A stretch of DNA of 32,000 nt from Promethearchaeota archaeon (lineage in GTDB: Archaea; Asgardarchaeota; Lokiarchaeia; Sigyniarchaeales; SOKP01). Below, one piece after another: positions 10,103-19,250 of the stretch; the stretch's first letter is position 1, and each line of letters opens with the position of its first letter. Made by a program: the position numbers and the translations under genes. The notes beneath the pieces are model-generated. The model saw nothing but the letters and a program-made list of their open reading frames with translations, did not search any database and was not told the origin of the DNA. The stretch spans positions 450,001 to 482,000 of the forward strand of contig JAUWGH010000001.1 in assembly GCA_030606485.1 (NCBI GenBank), in the 5' to 3' direction.

Positions 10103-13100
10103 TCATCTTTTAATGATCCTCTTGTTATACTTTATAAAATACCGTATAAATAGAATTATAGAAAATAAGCATATGATTATTGAAAGAGTTAAAATCAAAA
10201 CTAAACCATTATTGACAAAATTATCATTGACTAAATAAATAATACTATCGCTAACCATATCTGACTCTCCGAAGACATTCTTAAATTTTACAGATATTGT
10301 ATATTTAGTATTATTCTCAGAACCACTAATATTTATTTGTTTTGATGTGTTATAAATTTCCCAATCTGACCAAGATCCATTACCAATCTTGAAACACATC
10401 TCATTTGCATATGTTGAATATAATGTAAGATTTACTAATGTGTTGTTTGTGTAGATATCTCCGTTATTTATCGATATCGATGGATTTAAAGGTAAAAAGA
10501 TGTTTTTGTATATGATATCATCACTAACTATATCGGATTTCCCAAGATCATTTCTGAATTTCACGAATATTGTATATTCTGTGTTATTGACAGATCCATT
10601 TAGATATAAATGTTTTGATGTCTCGTAAGATTCCCAAATAGACCAAGAACCAGTATTATTCTTAAAACATACCTCGGTTGCATAAGTAGAAAATAATGTT
10701 AAGAATACCAATGTATCGTTTGTGTAGATATCTCCGTTGTTTATTGTCATCTGACAGACAGGATATATTGAATATCCGATATTTTTTAGATATAGTTTTC
10801 CATTAGTTATATTAAATTTTAAATTATATCCGATCTCTATTGTAGGATCAAAATGGAAACTATAATTAAAAGAATGATAAATTCCATCTACGGACAATGG
10901 AAATATATTATTATTTATTAATATATCAGCAAAATAAGAATATTTTGTATTATTGATGAATTTATAATTAAACCTTATTGTCATATCATACTTTTTATTA
11001 CAATCATCGTATACATCACCTTTAATATTTTTTTCTATTGTTGAATATTGATCCTCTGAAATTTTTATCCATTTATAATTTACACTTAAGTTTTCCAGAT
11101 ATAATTCAAAATCATTGGGTGTGTTTAATCCATAGAAATTTAATAAAATATCATTTGTAGAATTAATATGAGAAGAATTTAGAGGAAATGTATTTTCATT
11201 AAACGAAACATTATTGGTCGAACTATCAATTAGTTCCCATGAGTTTGAATCAAAATTCCAAACCGAAAAATCGATTAATTGGTTAACATTCGTTTTGTAT
11301 GAATAGGTTAGATTAAATGGTATTATATAGTTATCTTGTTTATCTAAATCTAATACCTCAAATGAGTAGTTTAGATTATTATTAATAGAATAATATACAT
11401 CATTATACCAACGAATATATCCTGCATATAAATCCGAATCACGGCTTATATGCCAATCAGCATCCTCATTAAAATAATAAAGATATTCGTTATGAGAAAT
11501 CTTTATTAATTGTGGATAACCACCTAATCGATCTCCCCAAAAACATATTTTTGGATCTTCCCATGCACTTGCATTATTAAAAACTGTTTGAGCATCGGAT
11601 ATTGAATATTTCTGATAACTCCGATAAAGTGGATGTCCCGCAATACTTCTATCTCTATACATTACGATAACTTTATCGGTTTCTTTGTCATATTCTATAT
11701 ATGATGGTTTTACACCACTACCATCTCCGAGATTTGTATATGTTATTTTACTCCAAGTCTCTCCATTATCAGAACTTGTGGTTTGTGCCACATAATTTCC
11801 ACCATATTCTTCTCTTATTAAGCCTATAAATCTTCCATTTCCTATATGTGTTATGGTTGTTTCATACCAATTATGACTTCCGTTATACAATATTGGTCCC
11901 TTCTCCCAAGTTTTTCCATAATCCGTTGTTTTAAGCAAATTTGTTGTATATATATTATCTGTTTCATTGAAACAATGTAATACTCTATAATATGTTCCCG
12001 ATACATTACTTGATTTGAGATTATCATAATAACTGAATATATTGGGATAAATATTCATAATACTTACGAAATCACTCCATTTTTCTCCTTCTAAACCATC
12101 TAATGAATATATATATCCCCGAGAACCATTCATATGATCTACAAATAGGAAGATAGTGTCATTAATTACACCGCCTTTTCCAGAGGGAAGTGTTTCATTT
12201 GTCCATAATAAAGTAAGATTCTGAGTTGTAAGATTAAAACGAAACTTTGCCATTTTTCTATCATCAATATAACCATGTTTCGATCCTATATTGCCATAAA
12301 AGTCTATTTCGTCTGATCCTTTTCTTATAGCAGTTTTCATATCATCATAAGTATCCGAATCCCGGACACGAAATGTATATGCTTCCCACATACCTGAACT
12401 TTTTATTCCATATCCGAATTGAGAATTAAAAATATTATTATTAAGATTAGAAGACCCATATTCGGTATCGGTTAATTCTTTTATATAATGAGGCATTTTC
12501 CGATCGGTTATTTGCCAATACTTAGAATCCCAAGAATAATAAATATCATCTATATATGCAAAATTATCAACATCATTATTTGAAGCAATAATTGTTATAT
12601 GATCCATTGCTATCGGATTTCCTTTAATTTTAATCATATCATTATAACCTAATATTATTCCTGTTTTGTTATCTTTTTTTATAATAACATCATAATATCC
12701 TTCTATACAATCAAAAGAAATTTCTATATAATACCATTGATTTGCGTTGAAATCACATATTTTTCCGTATATATTATATTCATAACTATACCATCCATTT
12801 ATATGATGTTTTATCTTTAATCCATTTTCTATAATTCCATTATATATATAAATAAAATGATTATCAGTAAGATCATTCATTGTTGCTCTAAATAGTAATG
12901 ATATACTTCCAGAAACTACACTTTCTGAAAAGATATTAGATATATTACAATTAATTCTATCATCATTATCATAAAGTTCGACAACATTACTATGGTTATC
13001 TAAATCTGGTATAACTTGAATCGATGTATTCCCAGATTCGGAAACATACCACCTATTAGGATTAGAACCTATACGATCATTAGAAAAATCATATGTGGTG

Positions 13101-13339
13101 AGATAAGAAGGGTTTGTAAAATTTATATTATGAAAATCATTTGCCGTATTTAGGCTTTTATCTATATTATAAGTGGAATTATATCCATCAAGACGTAAAT
13201 CGTTATCTATTTCTCCCGTTTCTGAGTAGACTATCTGGGAATGAATATTATCATAAAATGAAATAAATATGGGAGTAAAAAATATTAAAAAAATAAAGAT
13301 AAACCTAATATCTTTTTTCGATACCAATTCTTTCACCAT
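10103..13339 (-). CDS. Membrane-anchored multidomain surface protein with Asp-box (BNR, sialidase-like) beta-propeller
   Basis: N-terminal hydrophobic signal/anchor; ConA/LamG-like module; Asp-boxes TTDYGKTW (11906-11929) and SSDNGETW (11753-11776); ETT..GNGRFIGLIR and GGYPQL blade motifs; two 81-aa repeats; C-terminal TM with basic tail (KYNKRIIKR). Confidence 0.8.
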   Translation of the reverse strand: MVKELVSKKDIRFIFIFLIFFTPIFISFYDNIHSQIVYSETGEIDNDLRLDGYNSTYNIDKSLNTANDFHNINFTNPSYLTTYDFSNDRIGSNPNRWYVSESGNTSIQVIPDLDNHSNVVELYDNDDRINCNISNIFSESVVSGSISLLFRATMNDLTDNHFIYIYNGIIENGLKIKHHINGWYSYEYNIYGKICDFNANQWYYIEISFDCIEGYYDVIIKKDNKTGIILGYNDMIKIKGNPIAMDHITIIASNNDVDNFAYIDDIYYSWDSKYWQITDRKMPHYIKELTDTEYGSSNLNNNIFNSQFGYGIKSSGMWEAYTFRVRDSDTYDDMKTAIRKGSDEIDFYGNIGSKHGYIDDRKMAKFRFNLTTQNLTLLWTNETLPSGKGGVINDTIFLFVDHMNGSRGYIYSLDGLEGEKWSDFVSIMNIYPNIFSYYDNLKSSNVSGTYYRVLHCFNETDNIYTTNLLKTTDYGKTWEKGPILYNGSHNWYETTITHIGNGRFIGLIREEYGGNYVAQTTSSDNGETWSKITYTNLGDGSGVKPSYIEYDKETDKVIVMYRDRSIAGHPLYRSYQKYSISDAQTVFNNASAWEDPKICFWGDRLGGYPQLIKISHNEYLYYFNEDADWHISRDSDLYAGYIRWYNDVYYSINNNLNYSFEVLDLDKQDNYIIPFNLTYSYKTNVNQLIDFSVWNFDSNSWELIDSSTNNVSFNENTFPLNSSHINSTNDILLNFYGLNTPNDFELYLENLSVNYKWIKISEDQYSTIEKNIKGDVYDDCNKKYDMTIRFNYKFINNTKYSYFADILINNNIFPLSVDGIYHSFNYSFHFDPTIEIGYNLKFNITNGKLYLKNIGYSIYPVCQMTINNGDIYTNDTLVFLTLFSTYATEVCFKNNTGSWSIWESYETSKHLYLNGSVNNTEYTIFVKFRNDLGKSDIVSDDIIYKNIFLPLNPSISINNGDIYTNNTLVNLTLYSTYANEMCFKIGNGSWSDWEIYNTSKQINISGSENNTKYTISVKFKNVFGESDMVSDSIIYLVNDNFVNNGLVLILTLSIIICLFSIILFIRYFIKYNKRIIKR
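10235..10750 (-). repeat. Two tandem 81-aa Ig-like repeats within the surface protein (10508-10750 and 10235-10477)
   Basis: MTINNGDIYTNDTLVFLTLFSTYATEVCFK..WSIWESY..VSDDIIY versus ISINNGDIYTNNTLVNLTLYSTYANEMCFK..WSDWEIY..VSDSIIY. Confidence 0.9.
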
Positions 13340-13572
13340 GATAATTTACTTCCCCATTTTATTCCGTAGTCTTCAAACATATACCAAGACATTGCATCAT
13401 GATAATATCTGGTTTTATAGGTTCTACCTACATAATTCTTTTCTTCAAATCTCCAGATAGAAAATTTACAATATAATTTCCATAATTTAAATGAAAGATT
13501 ATAAAATGTTTTATTTCTTTTTGTAACTCTTGAAATCCAATATAACAATTCCCGTATAATCCAATACTTCAT
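13333..13572 (-). CDS. Hypothetical 79-aa Trp/Tyr-rich protein
   Basis: ATG lies 3 nt after the upstream stop, and its TGA overlaps the start of the BNR gene (ATGGTGA). No motif recognised. Confidence 0.5.
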   Translation of the reverse strand: MKYWIIRELLYWISRVTKRNKTFYNLSFKLWKLYCKFSIWRFEEKNYVGRTYKTRYYHDAMSWYMFEDYGIKWGSKLSW

Positions 13573-13575
13573 TTT

Positions 13576-13728
13576 TTACCACATCAATTCCAATTCTAAC
13601 TCTATCTCATAATTCTCTGGCTCTTTTTTGGTTGATATAATAATATATCTCTTTTCTTTACTGTATATTTTTTTATTAATTATAATTATTGTATTTAGCC
13701 TTATTCTTTTTTTTCCTAACTCACTCAC
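13576..13728 (-). CDS. Hypothetical 50-aa protein (not in ORF track)
   Basis: GTG 7 nt after the upstream TGA: MSELGKKRIRLNTIIIINKKIYSKEKRYIIISTKKEPENYEIELELELMW*. It fills the gap between its neighbours exactly. Confidence 0.45.
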   Translation of the reverse strand: MSELGKKRIRLNTIIIINKKIYSKEKRYIIISTKKEPENYEIELELELMW

Positions 13729-13735
13729 TTTTTAA

Positions 13736-14110
13736 TCACTTCCATTTAATTTCATAATTATCCAAATTTTCAAATTCTTTATCATCTTTCATAAGTTTTT
13801 TAAATCTTTCAAATTTTTTTCGTGATTGTAATATTTTTTCAATTTCTTTTATTCTTGATATTGCCGTTAAGACTTCTGTTAAATTAAAGTAATTAGGCAA
13901 AAATATTGAAAAAAGCAAATCTCCACTAAAAAAAACAATTAAAATGAGAGAAGGGAACAGAATTGAAAAATATTTTTCGAAAGTATGGGAAATTCTTTCT
14001 ATTAATGATATTTTCTCTTCTTCAAAATATTGGGAATAAATTACATGACTTAATGGGATTATTTTTGTAGATTCAATTATCATATTCCTCTTTGGCTGAA
14101 CTATAATCAA
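13736..14110 (-). pseudogene. Chimeric ORF: internal flippase fragment fused in frame to an unrelated charged C-terminus
   Basis: LSHVIYSQYFEEEKISLIERISHTFEKYFSILFPSLILIVFFSGDLLFSIFLPNYFN matches the flippase. LTEVLTAISRIKEIEK..NYEIKWK does not. Confidence 0.7.
13882..14053 (-). repeat. 172-bp internal flippase duplicate; direct repeat of 15958-16129
   Basis: Ungapped alignment with 9 mismatches in 172 bp (about 95%). Confidence 0.95.
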
Positions 14111-14141
14111 AATATTTAAAATTTAATTGTTTTTTAATAAT

Positions 14142-15302
14142 TTACAAATTTTTATTCAACAAATCAAAAATTTTTTTTGAGGATTTACCATCTCCGTAAG
14201 GATTTATAGCATTAGCCATTTTGAAATATTTTTTTTCCTCCGTTACAAGCGTTATAGTCTCTTCTACAATATTTTTTTTATTTGTTCCAACTAATTTTGC
14301 AGTACCAGCATCTACACCTTCCATCCTTTCAGTAACATCTCTAATTACTAAAACAGGTTTCCCTAGCGTGAGTGCTTCTTCTTGAACTCCTCCTGAATCA
14401 GTCAAAATAATGAGTGATTTACTCATTAGCCAGACAAAATGAGGATAAGTTAATGGATCTATTAAGTGAACATTCTTTATTTTAGAAAGGATACTATAAA
14501 CCGATTTCTTTATGTTTGGGTTTAAATGAACTGGACAAATTATTTCAAAATCAGGCAATTTTTCAGAAATTTCTTTAATTGCATAGCAAATATTTTCTAA
14601 AGGTTTTCCAAAACTTTCTCTTCTATGACACGTAATCAAAATTATTTTTGATTTACGCAAATTAATATTAGTTAAAATTTCCAAATTCGTAATAATTGAT
14701 TCTTCAAGTTCAGGATTATTTTCAATGATAGCTTTTGTTTGTAAAATCGCATCAATAACAGTATTTCCTACAATCCATACATTTTTTTCTATTCCTTCTT
14801 TCATTAGATTATCTTTCGCTTTATTTGTTGGAACAAAATGGTAATCGCTTATGTGATCAATTAAAACCCTATTAATTTCTTCAGGAAATGGTGAGTATTT
14901 ATTAAAACTTCTTAAACCGGCTTCTATATGAGTGATCTTTATTTTTTTATAAAAACCTGCTAATGCACCTATAAAGGCAGTTGTTGTATCTCCTTGTACA
15001 AATATTAGATTTGGATTACAATCATTAAGAACTTCTTCTAGGTTTTTAAGACCATTTGCAGTAATATCAAAAAGAGATTGGTTTGGTTCCATTAAATTCA
15101 AATCATAATCTACTTTTATATCAAAAAATGATAATATTTGATCCAACATCTCTCTGTGTTGCGCAGTAATACAGATTTTTATTTCATATTCAGAATATTT
15201 CCTAAATTCCTTAATTAAAGGCGAAATCTTTATCGTTTCAGGACGTGTTCCAAAAATAAACAAGATAATAGAAACGTTATTTTGGTTAATTGATGATTCC
15301 AT
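14142..15302 (-). CDS. wecB: UDP-N-acetylglucosamine 2-epimerase (non-hydrolysing)
   Basis: FGTRPETIK, TAQHREMLDQ, VQGDTTT, HIEAGLRS, PFPEEINR, CHRRES, TDSGGVQEEA, NPYGDG. Confidence 0.95.
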   Translation of the reverse strand: MESSINQNNVSIILFIFGTRPETIKISPLIKEFRKYSEYEIKICITAQHREMLDQILSFFDIKVDYDLNLMEPNQSLFDITANGLKNLEEVLNDCNPNLIFVQGDTTTAFIGALAGFYKKIKITHIEAGLRSFNKYSPFPEEINRVLIDHISDYHFVPTNKAKDNLMKEGIEKNVWIVGNTVIDAILQTKAIIENNPELEESIITNLEILTNINLRKSKIILITCHRRESFGKPLENICYAIKEISEKLPDFEIICPVHLNPNIKKSVYSILSKIKNVHLIDPLTYPHFVWLMSKSLIILTDSGGVQEEALTLGKPVLVIRDVTERMEGVDAGTAKLVGTNKKNIVEETITLVTEEKKYFKMANAINPYGDGKSSKKIFDLLNKNL

Positions 15303-15406
15303 AGCGTGTCCCTATTAATTATTCGATAAACTATAAAAATTGCTTTTATTAAATGTAGGAATCTTTTATTTCTAAATTTTTATTTCAATTTTTAAAAATA
15401 TTCATT

Positions 15407-16915
15407 TTATTTGAATGAAAATTCTTCTATAAGTGAATCTCTATATCTTTTTAATTTTAACAAATCCAATAGGAAAATTAAATCATTTTTACGTAATTGT
15501 TTAAAAACAATTAATTCACCAAAAAATATTCCTAGAATTACAAAAATTGAAACAATTAGCAGTAAAAATTGATTTCCAATTAAAAAATTTAGTATGAAAT
15601 GTTTTATTAAAAATGAGATTAATAGGGAAGAGAGCGCAAAAATAATATGCGAAAGAATTATTTTTTGGGATGTAATATTGAAAAATTTTTTTGAAAAATA
15701 TCTATTAAAAATTAAAAATATGAAATATGGTATTGTTGCTGCAAGTGCATATCCTATTGTCCCTAATCCAAACAAATTAAAAATTAAAAAGTTTTCGGGG
15801 ATAAGAATAATCATCAACAGAAAAGTTAGAGATAAGAAAACAATATTCAAAGACGCGATCATATGCTGTTTTTTACCGGGTACCATGAGATTTCCATAAG
15901 GAGTTGAAGTTCCATAAATATATGGAATAAATATCATGATATACAATATTGGCAGGGAATTAAAGTAATTAGGTAAAAATATTGAAAAAAGCAAATCTCC
16001 ACTAAAAAAAACAATTAAAATGAGAGATAGGAACAGAATTGAGAAATATTTTTCAAAAGTATGGGAAATTCTTTCTATTAATGATATTTTCTCTTCTGCA
16101 AAATATTGAGAATAAATCACATGGCTTAAGGAAATTAAACTATTGGGTATCAGTAATATTAATGTAATAATTTGACTAATCAGAGATATTTGGGCAAGGG
16201 CTGCATGTCCAAAAGAAAAATCTAAAATGATATTATTGAAATTAATAACAAACACAGCCAATACTGAATTTATAATAAAAGGTTTTGTTTCTTTTAGGTA
16301 GTTCAAAGCCATTTGTTTTTGAGGTTTTTTTATAATAATCTCATTTTTAGACAAGATTAAAATTATAATTAGGAGAAGGAAATCAAATCCAAACTCAATA
16401 ATTCCAATAAACAATAGTGGATTAGAGATATTTGAAAGATTAAAGGCAAGAATTATTATTGAGGTGGATTTCCCTGAATTAATGAAAAAAAAAGGCAGTT
16501 CAGATTTGAAAATCTTTTTTCTTGCTATTAAATTATCCAGGAAAATACGAGTTAAGGAGAATGTAATTTTTGATAATAATAGTAATATAATAAAAAGAGA
16601 ATAATAGCTATTCCATAATTGAAATATTGTTATTAAAATGAGTGTAAAACAAATGCTCTCTATTATTAAAAAAAATCTGATTAGGAAAAATGTGCTGAAA
16701 TATTCATCAAAATCTTTTTTAATAGAATATCTAAAATGAATATTTTTGAATCCCATTTCTCTAAAAATAAATCCTAGTTCAATAAAGCTCCTAAATAGAA
16801 CCAAAATGCCCATTAATTCTATCTCAAGATTTAAAAAAAGAAAAAAAACAGCAATGGTGTATATTATATGATGTCCTAATTGAGAAACGACAGTAATAGT
16901 AAATTTTTCTTTCAT
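15407..16915 (-). CDS. Wzx/MOP-family oligosaccharide flippase
   Basis: 502 aa with roughly 12-14 TM segments; ELMGILVLFRSFIELG..EMGF and GLGTIGYALAATI patterns; glycan locus context. Confidence 0.85.
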   Translation of the reverse strand: MKEKFTITVVSQLGHHIIYTIAVFFLFLNLEIELMGILVLFRSFIELGFIFREMGFKNIHFRYSIKKDFDEYFSTFFLIRFFLIIESICFTLILITIFQLWNSYYSLFIILLLLSKITFSLTRIFLDNLIARKKIFKSELPFFFINSGKSTSIIILAFNLSNISNPLLFIGIIEFGFDFLLLIIILILSKNEIIIKKPQKQMALNYLKETKPFIINSVLAVFVINFNNIILDFSFGHAALAQISLISQIITLILLIPNSLISLSHVIYSQYFAEEKISLIERISHTFEKYFSILFLSLILIVFFSGDLLFSIFLPNYFNSLPILYIMIFIPYIYGTSTPYGNLMVPGKKQHMIASLNIVFLSLTFLLMIILIPENFLIFNLFGLGTIGYALAATIPYFIFLIFNRYFSKKFFNITSQKIILSHIIFALSSLLISFLIKHFILNFLIGNQFLLLIVSIFVILGIFFGELIVFKQLRKNDLIFLLDLLKLKRYRDSLIEEFSFK

Positions 16916-16960
16916 ATTTTCATTTTATAATTTATATAACTAAAATTTGTTTTAATTAAA

Positions 16961-17971
16961 TTATTTTTTAACAAAAATATAGAGCCTATAATTCCTTAAG
17001 ATAAAATTAATTTTAAAAATGGCTAATTCGCAATAATGTGGAAGCTTACAGTTAAATAATTGTATAAAATTGAAATATTTATGAATATAATATCTTATTA
17101 AAACAGGTATTTTTGTTCTGATTTTCATACTTTTATCCTTTATTAAATCAAATAAATTGATTTTTCTTTGAAGGAGATTTTGCTCGATTTTTGAGGTATT
17201 TAATTGATTTAATTTAGATTTTAATTGATAATTTATATCTCTTTGATTATAGTCCTTATATTTATTGAAAATATATTGATAGGTTTTATATCTATTTAAA
17301 AGATGTTTAGGATCTTTAAAACGACTGTATTCCCTAATACTTAACTCATGGATTCTATATTTAATCAATATTTCTTTTAAGATTAAAATAGATTTATCCT
17401 TATATTTCAATAATCTTAACCAATAATCATAATCTTCCATAGCTTTTAATTGAAAATTTTCATCCAATAAACCTATGGCATCGATAACACTTTTTTTCAT
17501 TAATACGCTTGAATTTTTAACGAAATTTCCCTTCAATAACAACTTAAAAGATATTCTTTTATTTTCTTTGATCGAAAAAAACTTAAAAGGATATTTTGAA
17601 GGAAAAGTTATTCCATTTGTGGAAACTAGCAAGATATCAGGATTCTTTTCTATGATATCAATTTGTTTTCCTAATTTTTGAGGTAACCATATATCATCGG
17701 AATCTAGAAAAGCAATAAATTCACCTTTTGCAATCTTTAATCCCTTATTTCTTGCTTTTGCTGGTAATCCACAATGTTTTTGCAAAATATATTTAATTCG
17801 ATTATCTTTAAAAGACTGAACTACTGTTTTTGTATTGTCTGTTGAGCCATCATCAATTATTAAGATTTCAAAATTTTGATAGGTTTGATTTAAAACAGAG
17901 TTGATTGTTTCTCCAATTAAATTAGCTCGATTATATGTCGGAATAATCACACTAACTAATTTTTTTTTCAA
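16961..17971 (-). CDS. GT2 family glycosyltransferase
   Basis: VSVIIPTYNRA, IIDDGSTD, ARNKGL, IAFLDSDDIW, EDYDYWLR; TTG start. Confidence 0.92.
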   Translation of the reverse strand: MKKKLVSVIIPTYNRANLIGETINSVLNQTYQNFEILIIDDGSTDNTKTVVQSFKDNRIKYILQKHCGLPAKARNKGLKIAKGEFIAFLDSDDIWLPQKLGKQIDIIEKNPDILLVSTNGITFPSKYPFKFFSIKENKRISFKLLLKGNFVKNSSVLMKKSVIDAIGLLDENFQLKAMEDYDYWLRLLKYKDKSILILKEILIKYRIHELSIREYSRFKDPKHLLNRYKTYQYIFNKYKDYNQRDINYQLKSKLNQLNTSKIEQNLLQRKINLFDLIKDKSMKIRTKIPVLIRYYIHKYFNFIQLFNCKLPHYCELAIFKINFILRNYRLYIFVKK

Positions 17972-18024
17972 AATAATTCCATGAAATATTATTTTGGATT
18001 CTTTTTAATAATTTAAGGTAATTT

Positions 18025-18996
18025 TTAATTTTTCAGTTTTGTATTTAATAATTTATTACATTTGGTATAAAAATCTCTTAAATCTCTACTCTTAAATATA
18101 ACACAACCTTCTGGTCTTGATGTAACATTGCTAGCCACAACAGGAGTCTCAAAATAAAGAGATTCGCGAATAGAAATTGAATCTCCATCCGTATTGGTTG
18201 GTCTTGCTAATAAATCAGCTTTTTTAAAAATTGGCCAAAGTTCTCTATGTCCAGTCAAAAAATAAAAATTCTCTTCAATTTTTAACTTTCTGATCAAATT
18301 TATCATTTTTTTTAAATAGAAAGTGTTTTTACTTTCATTAGCTAGGGCGAATATAAAGCCTAAATTTGGATAATTTTTTTTTAATTTTGCGGTTAATTCT
18401 ATACACAGATCAAGTCCATATAAATCAATATTATTGTAAAAATTTAGAAAACTTCCATTAGCTACAATTAATGGCTTTTTAACATTTAAAAAATCTATTA
18501 ATTCTGGTTTATAGGTATTAATAATTTTATTTTCTTCTTCAAGTGGTGGAGGCAGAAATGCATTTTTAACAAATATATTTTTATTTTTTACATTTAATTT
18601 TTTAATAAAATCTTCATACTCTGGATTTACAACTTGAATAAATTTCGCTTTATTCAACATATTTCTGATTAGAAATTTAATTATTTGATTTGATTTGTTA
18701 TAATGAACTTTTAGAGAGCGTCCATGAATAACAAGAGAAAATTCATGAATGCTAAAATTAGTTAAAAAATATAATATTAATGCATCCCTTATGGAAGTGG
18801 AATGGAAAATAAAATTTTTCTTTTTAAAATTTAATATTACATCTTTAAGCCACCAAGGTTTAAGTCTATTAAATCTCTTAAAATATTTATAATAATCAAT
18901 AAAAAGAGCATTCTTTTCTAATTTTGACAATCGATATAAATATACAGAAATTCCACCATATAGTGGAGGTACTGGGCCAATATGAACATCTTGCAT
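18025..18996 (-). CDS. GT4-like glycosyltransferase
   Basis: IGPVPPLYGGIS, DLYGLD, ADLLARPTNTDGDSISIRESL, PVVASNV. Confidence 0.82.
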   Translation of the reverse strand: MQDVHIGPVPPLYGGISVYLYRLSKLEKNALFIDYYKYFKRFNRLKPWWLKDVILNFKKKNFIFHSTSIRDALILYFLTNFSIHEFSLVIHGRSLKVHYNKSNQIIKFLIRNMLNKAKFIQVVNPEYEDFIKKLNVKNKNIFVKNAFLPPPLEEENKIINTYKPELIDFLNVKKPLIVANGSFLNFYNNIDLYGLDLCIELTAKLKKNYPNLGFIFALANESKNTFYLKKMINLIRKLKIEENFYFLTGHRELWPIFKKADLLARPTNTDGDSISIRESLYFETPVVASNVTSRPEGCVIFKSRDLRDFYTKCNKLLNTKLKN

Positions 18997-19150
18997 TGAA
19001 AGAAATAACTACAAAATCTTTTTTTTACCTTTATAAAAAAATATGATTAACAATCTTAAAATTTATTTCATTTTTTCCTAATATTTATATAATAATCACT
19101 TTTTACCTAAAAAAAGTAAATTGATATTTGAATTTAAAAGATGAATATGC

Positions 19151-19184
19151 AATTCTATATCTAAGTGATATCAGTAATACGTTT
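19151..19184. repeat. 34-bp motif in the divergent intergenic region, repeated at 20306-20339
   Basis: AATTCTATATCTAAGTGATATCAGTAATACGTTT versus AATTCTACGTTTAAGTGATATCAATAATAGGTTT, 29/34 identical. Confidence 0.7.
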
Positions 19185-19250
19185 TATTTTTATTAAAGAG
19201 ATTATTAAACCATCTAATAATTAAGATATTATAATTATAAACCAGTAGAT

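Noticed and set aside
10103-13339. Calling the BNR protein a functional sialidase
   Set aside because: Asp-boxes are structural, and no RIP motif or catalytic set could be confirmed by eye.
13269-13460. 63-aa plus-strand ORF
   Set aside because: Antisense to two coupled minus-strand genes.
10077-13881. IS or transposon call for the insert
   Set aside because: No transposase or integrase, terminal inverted repeats or target-site duplication found.
15594-17681. Track ORFs 15594..15899 and 17475..17681 (+)
   Set aside because: Antisense shadows of the flippase and GT2.
17960-17982. Out-of-frame ATG (17982) 11 nt upstream of the GT2 TTG start, near T4/A9 runs
   Set aside because: It could be a missing base, but TTG gives a complete domain, so no lesion is required.
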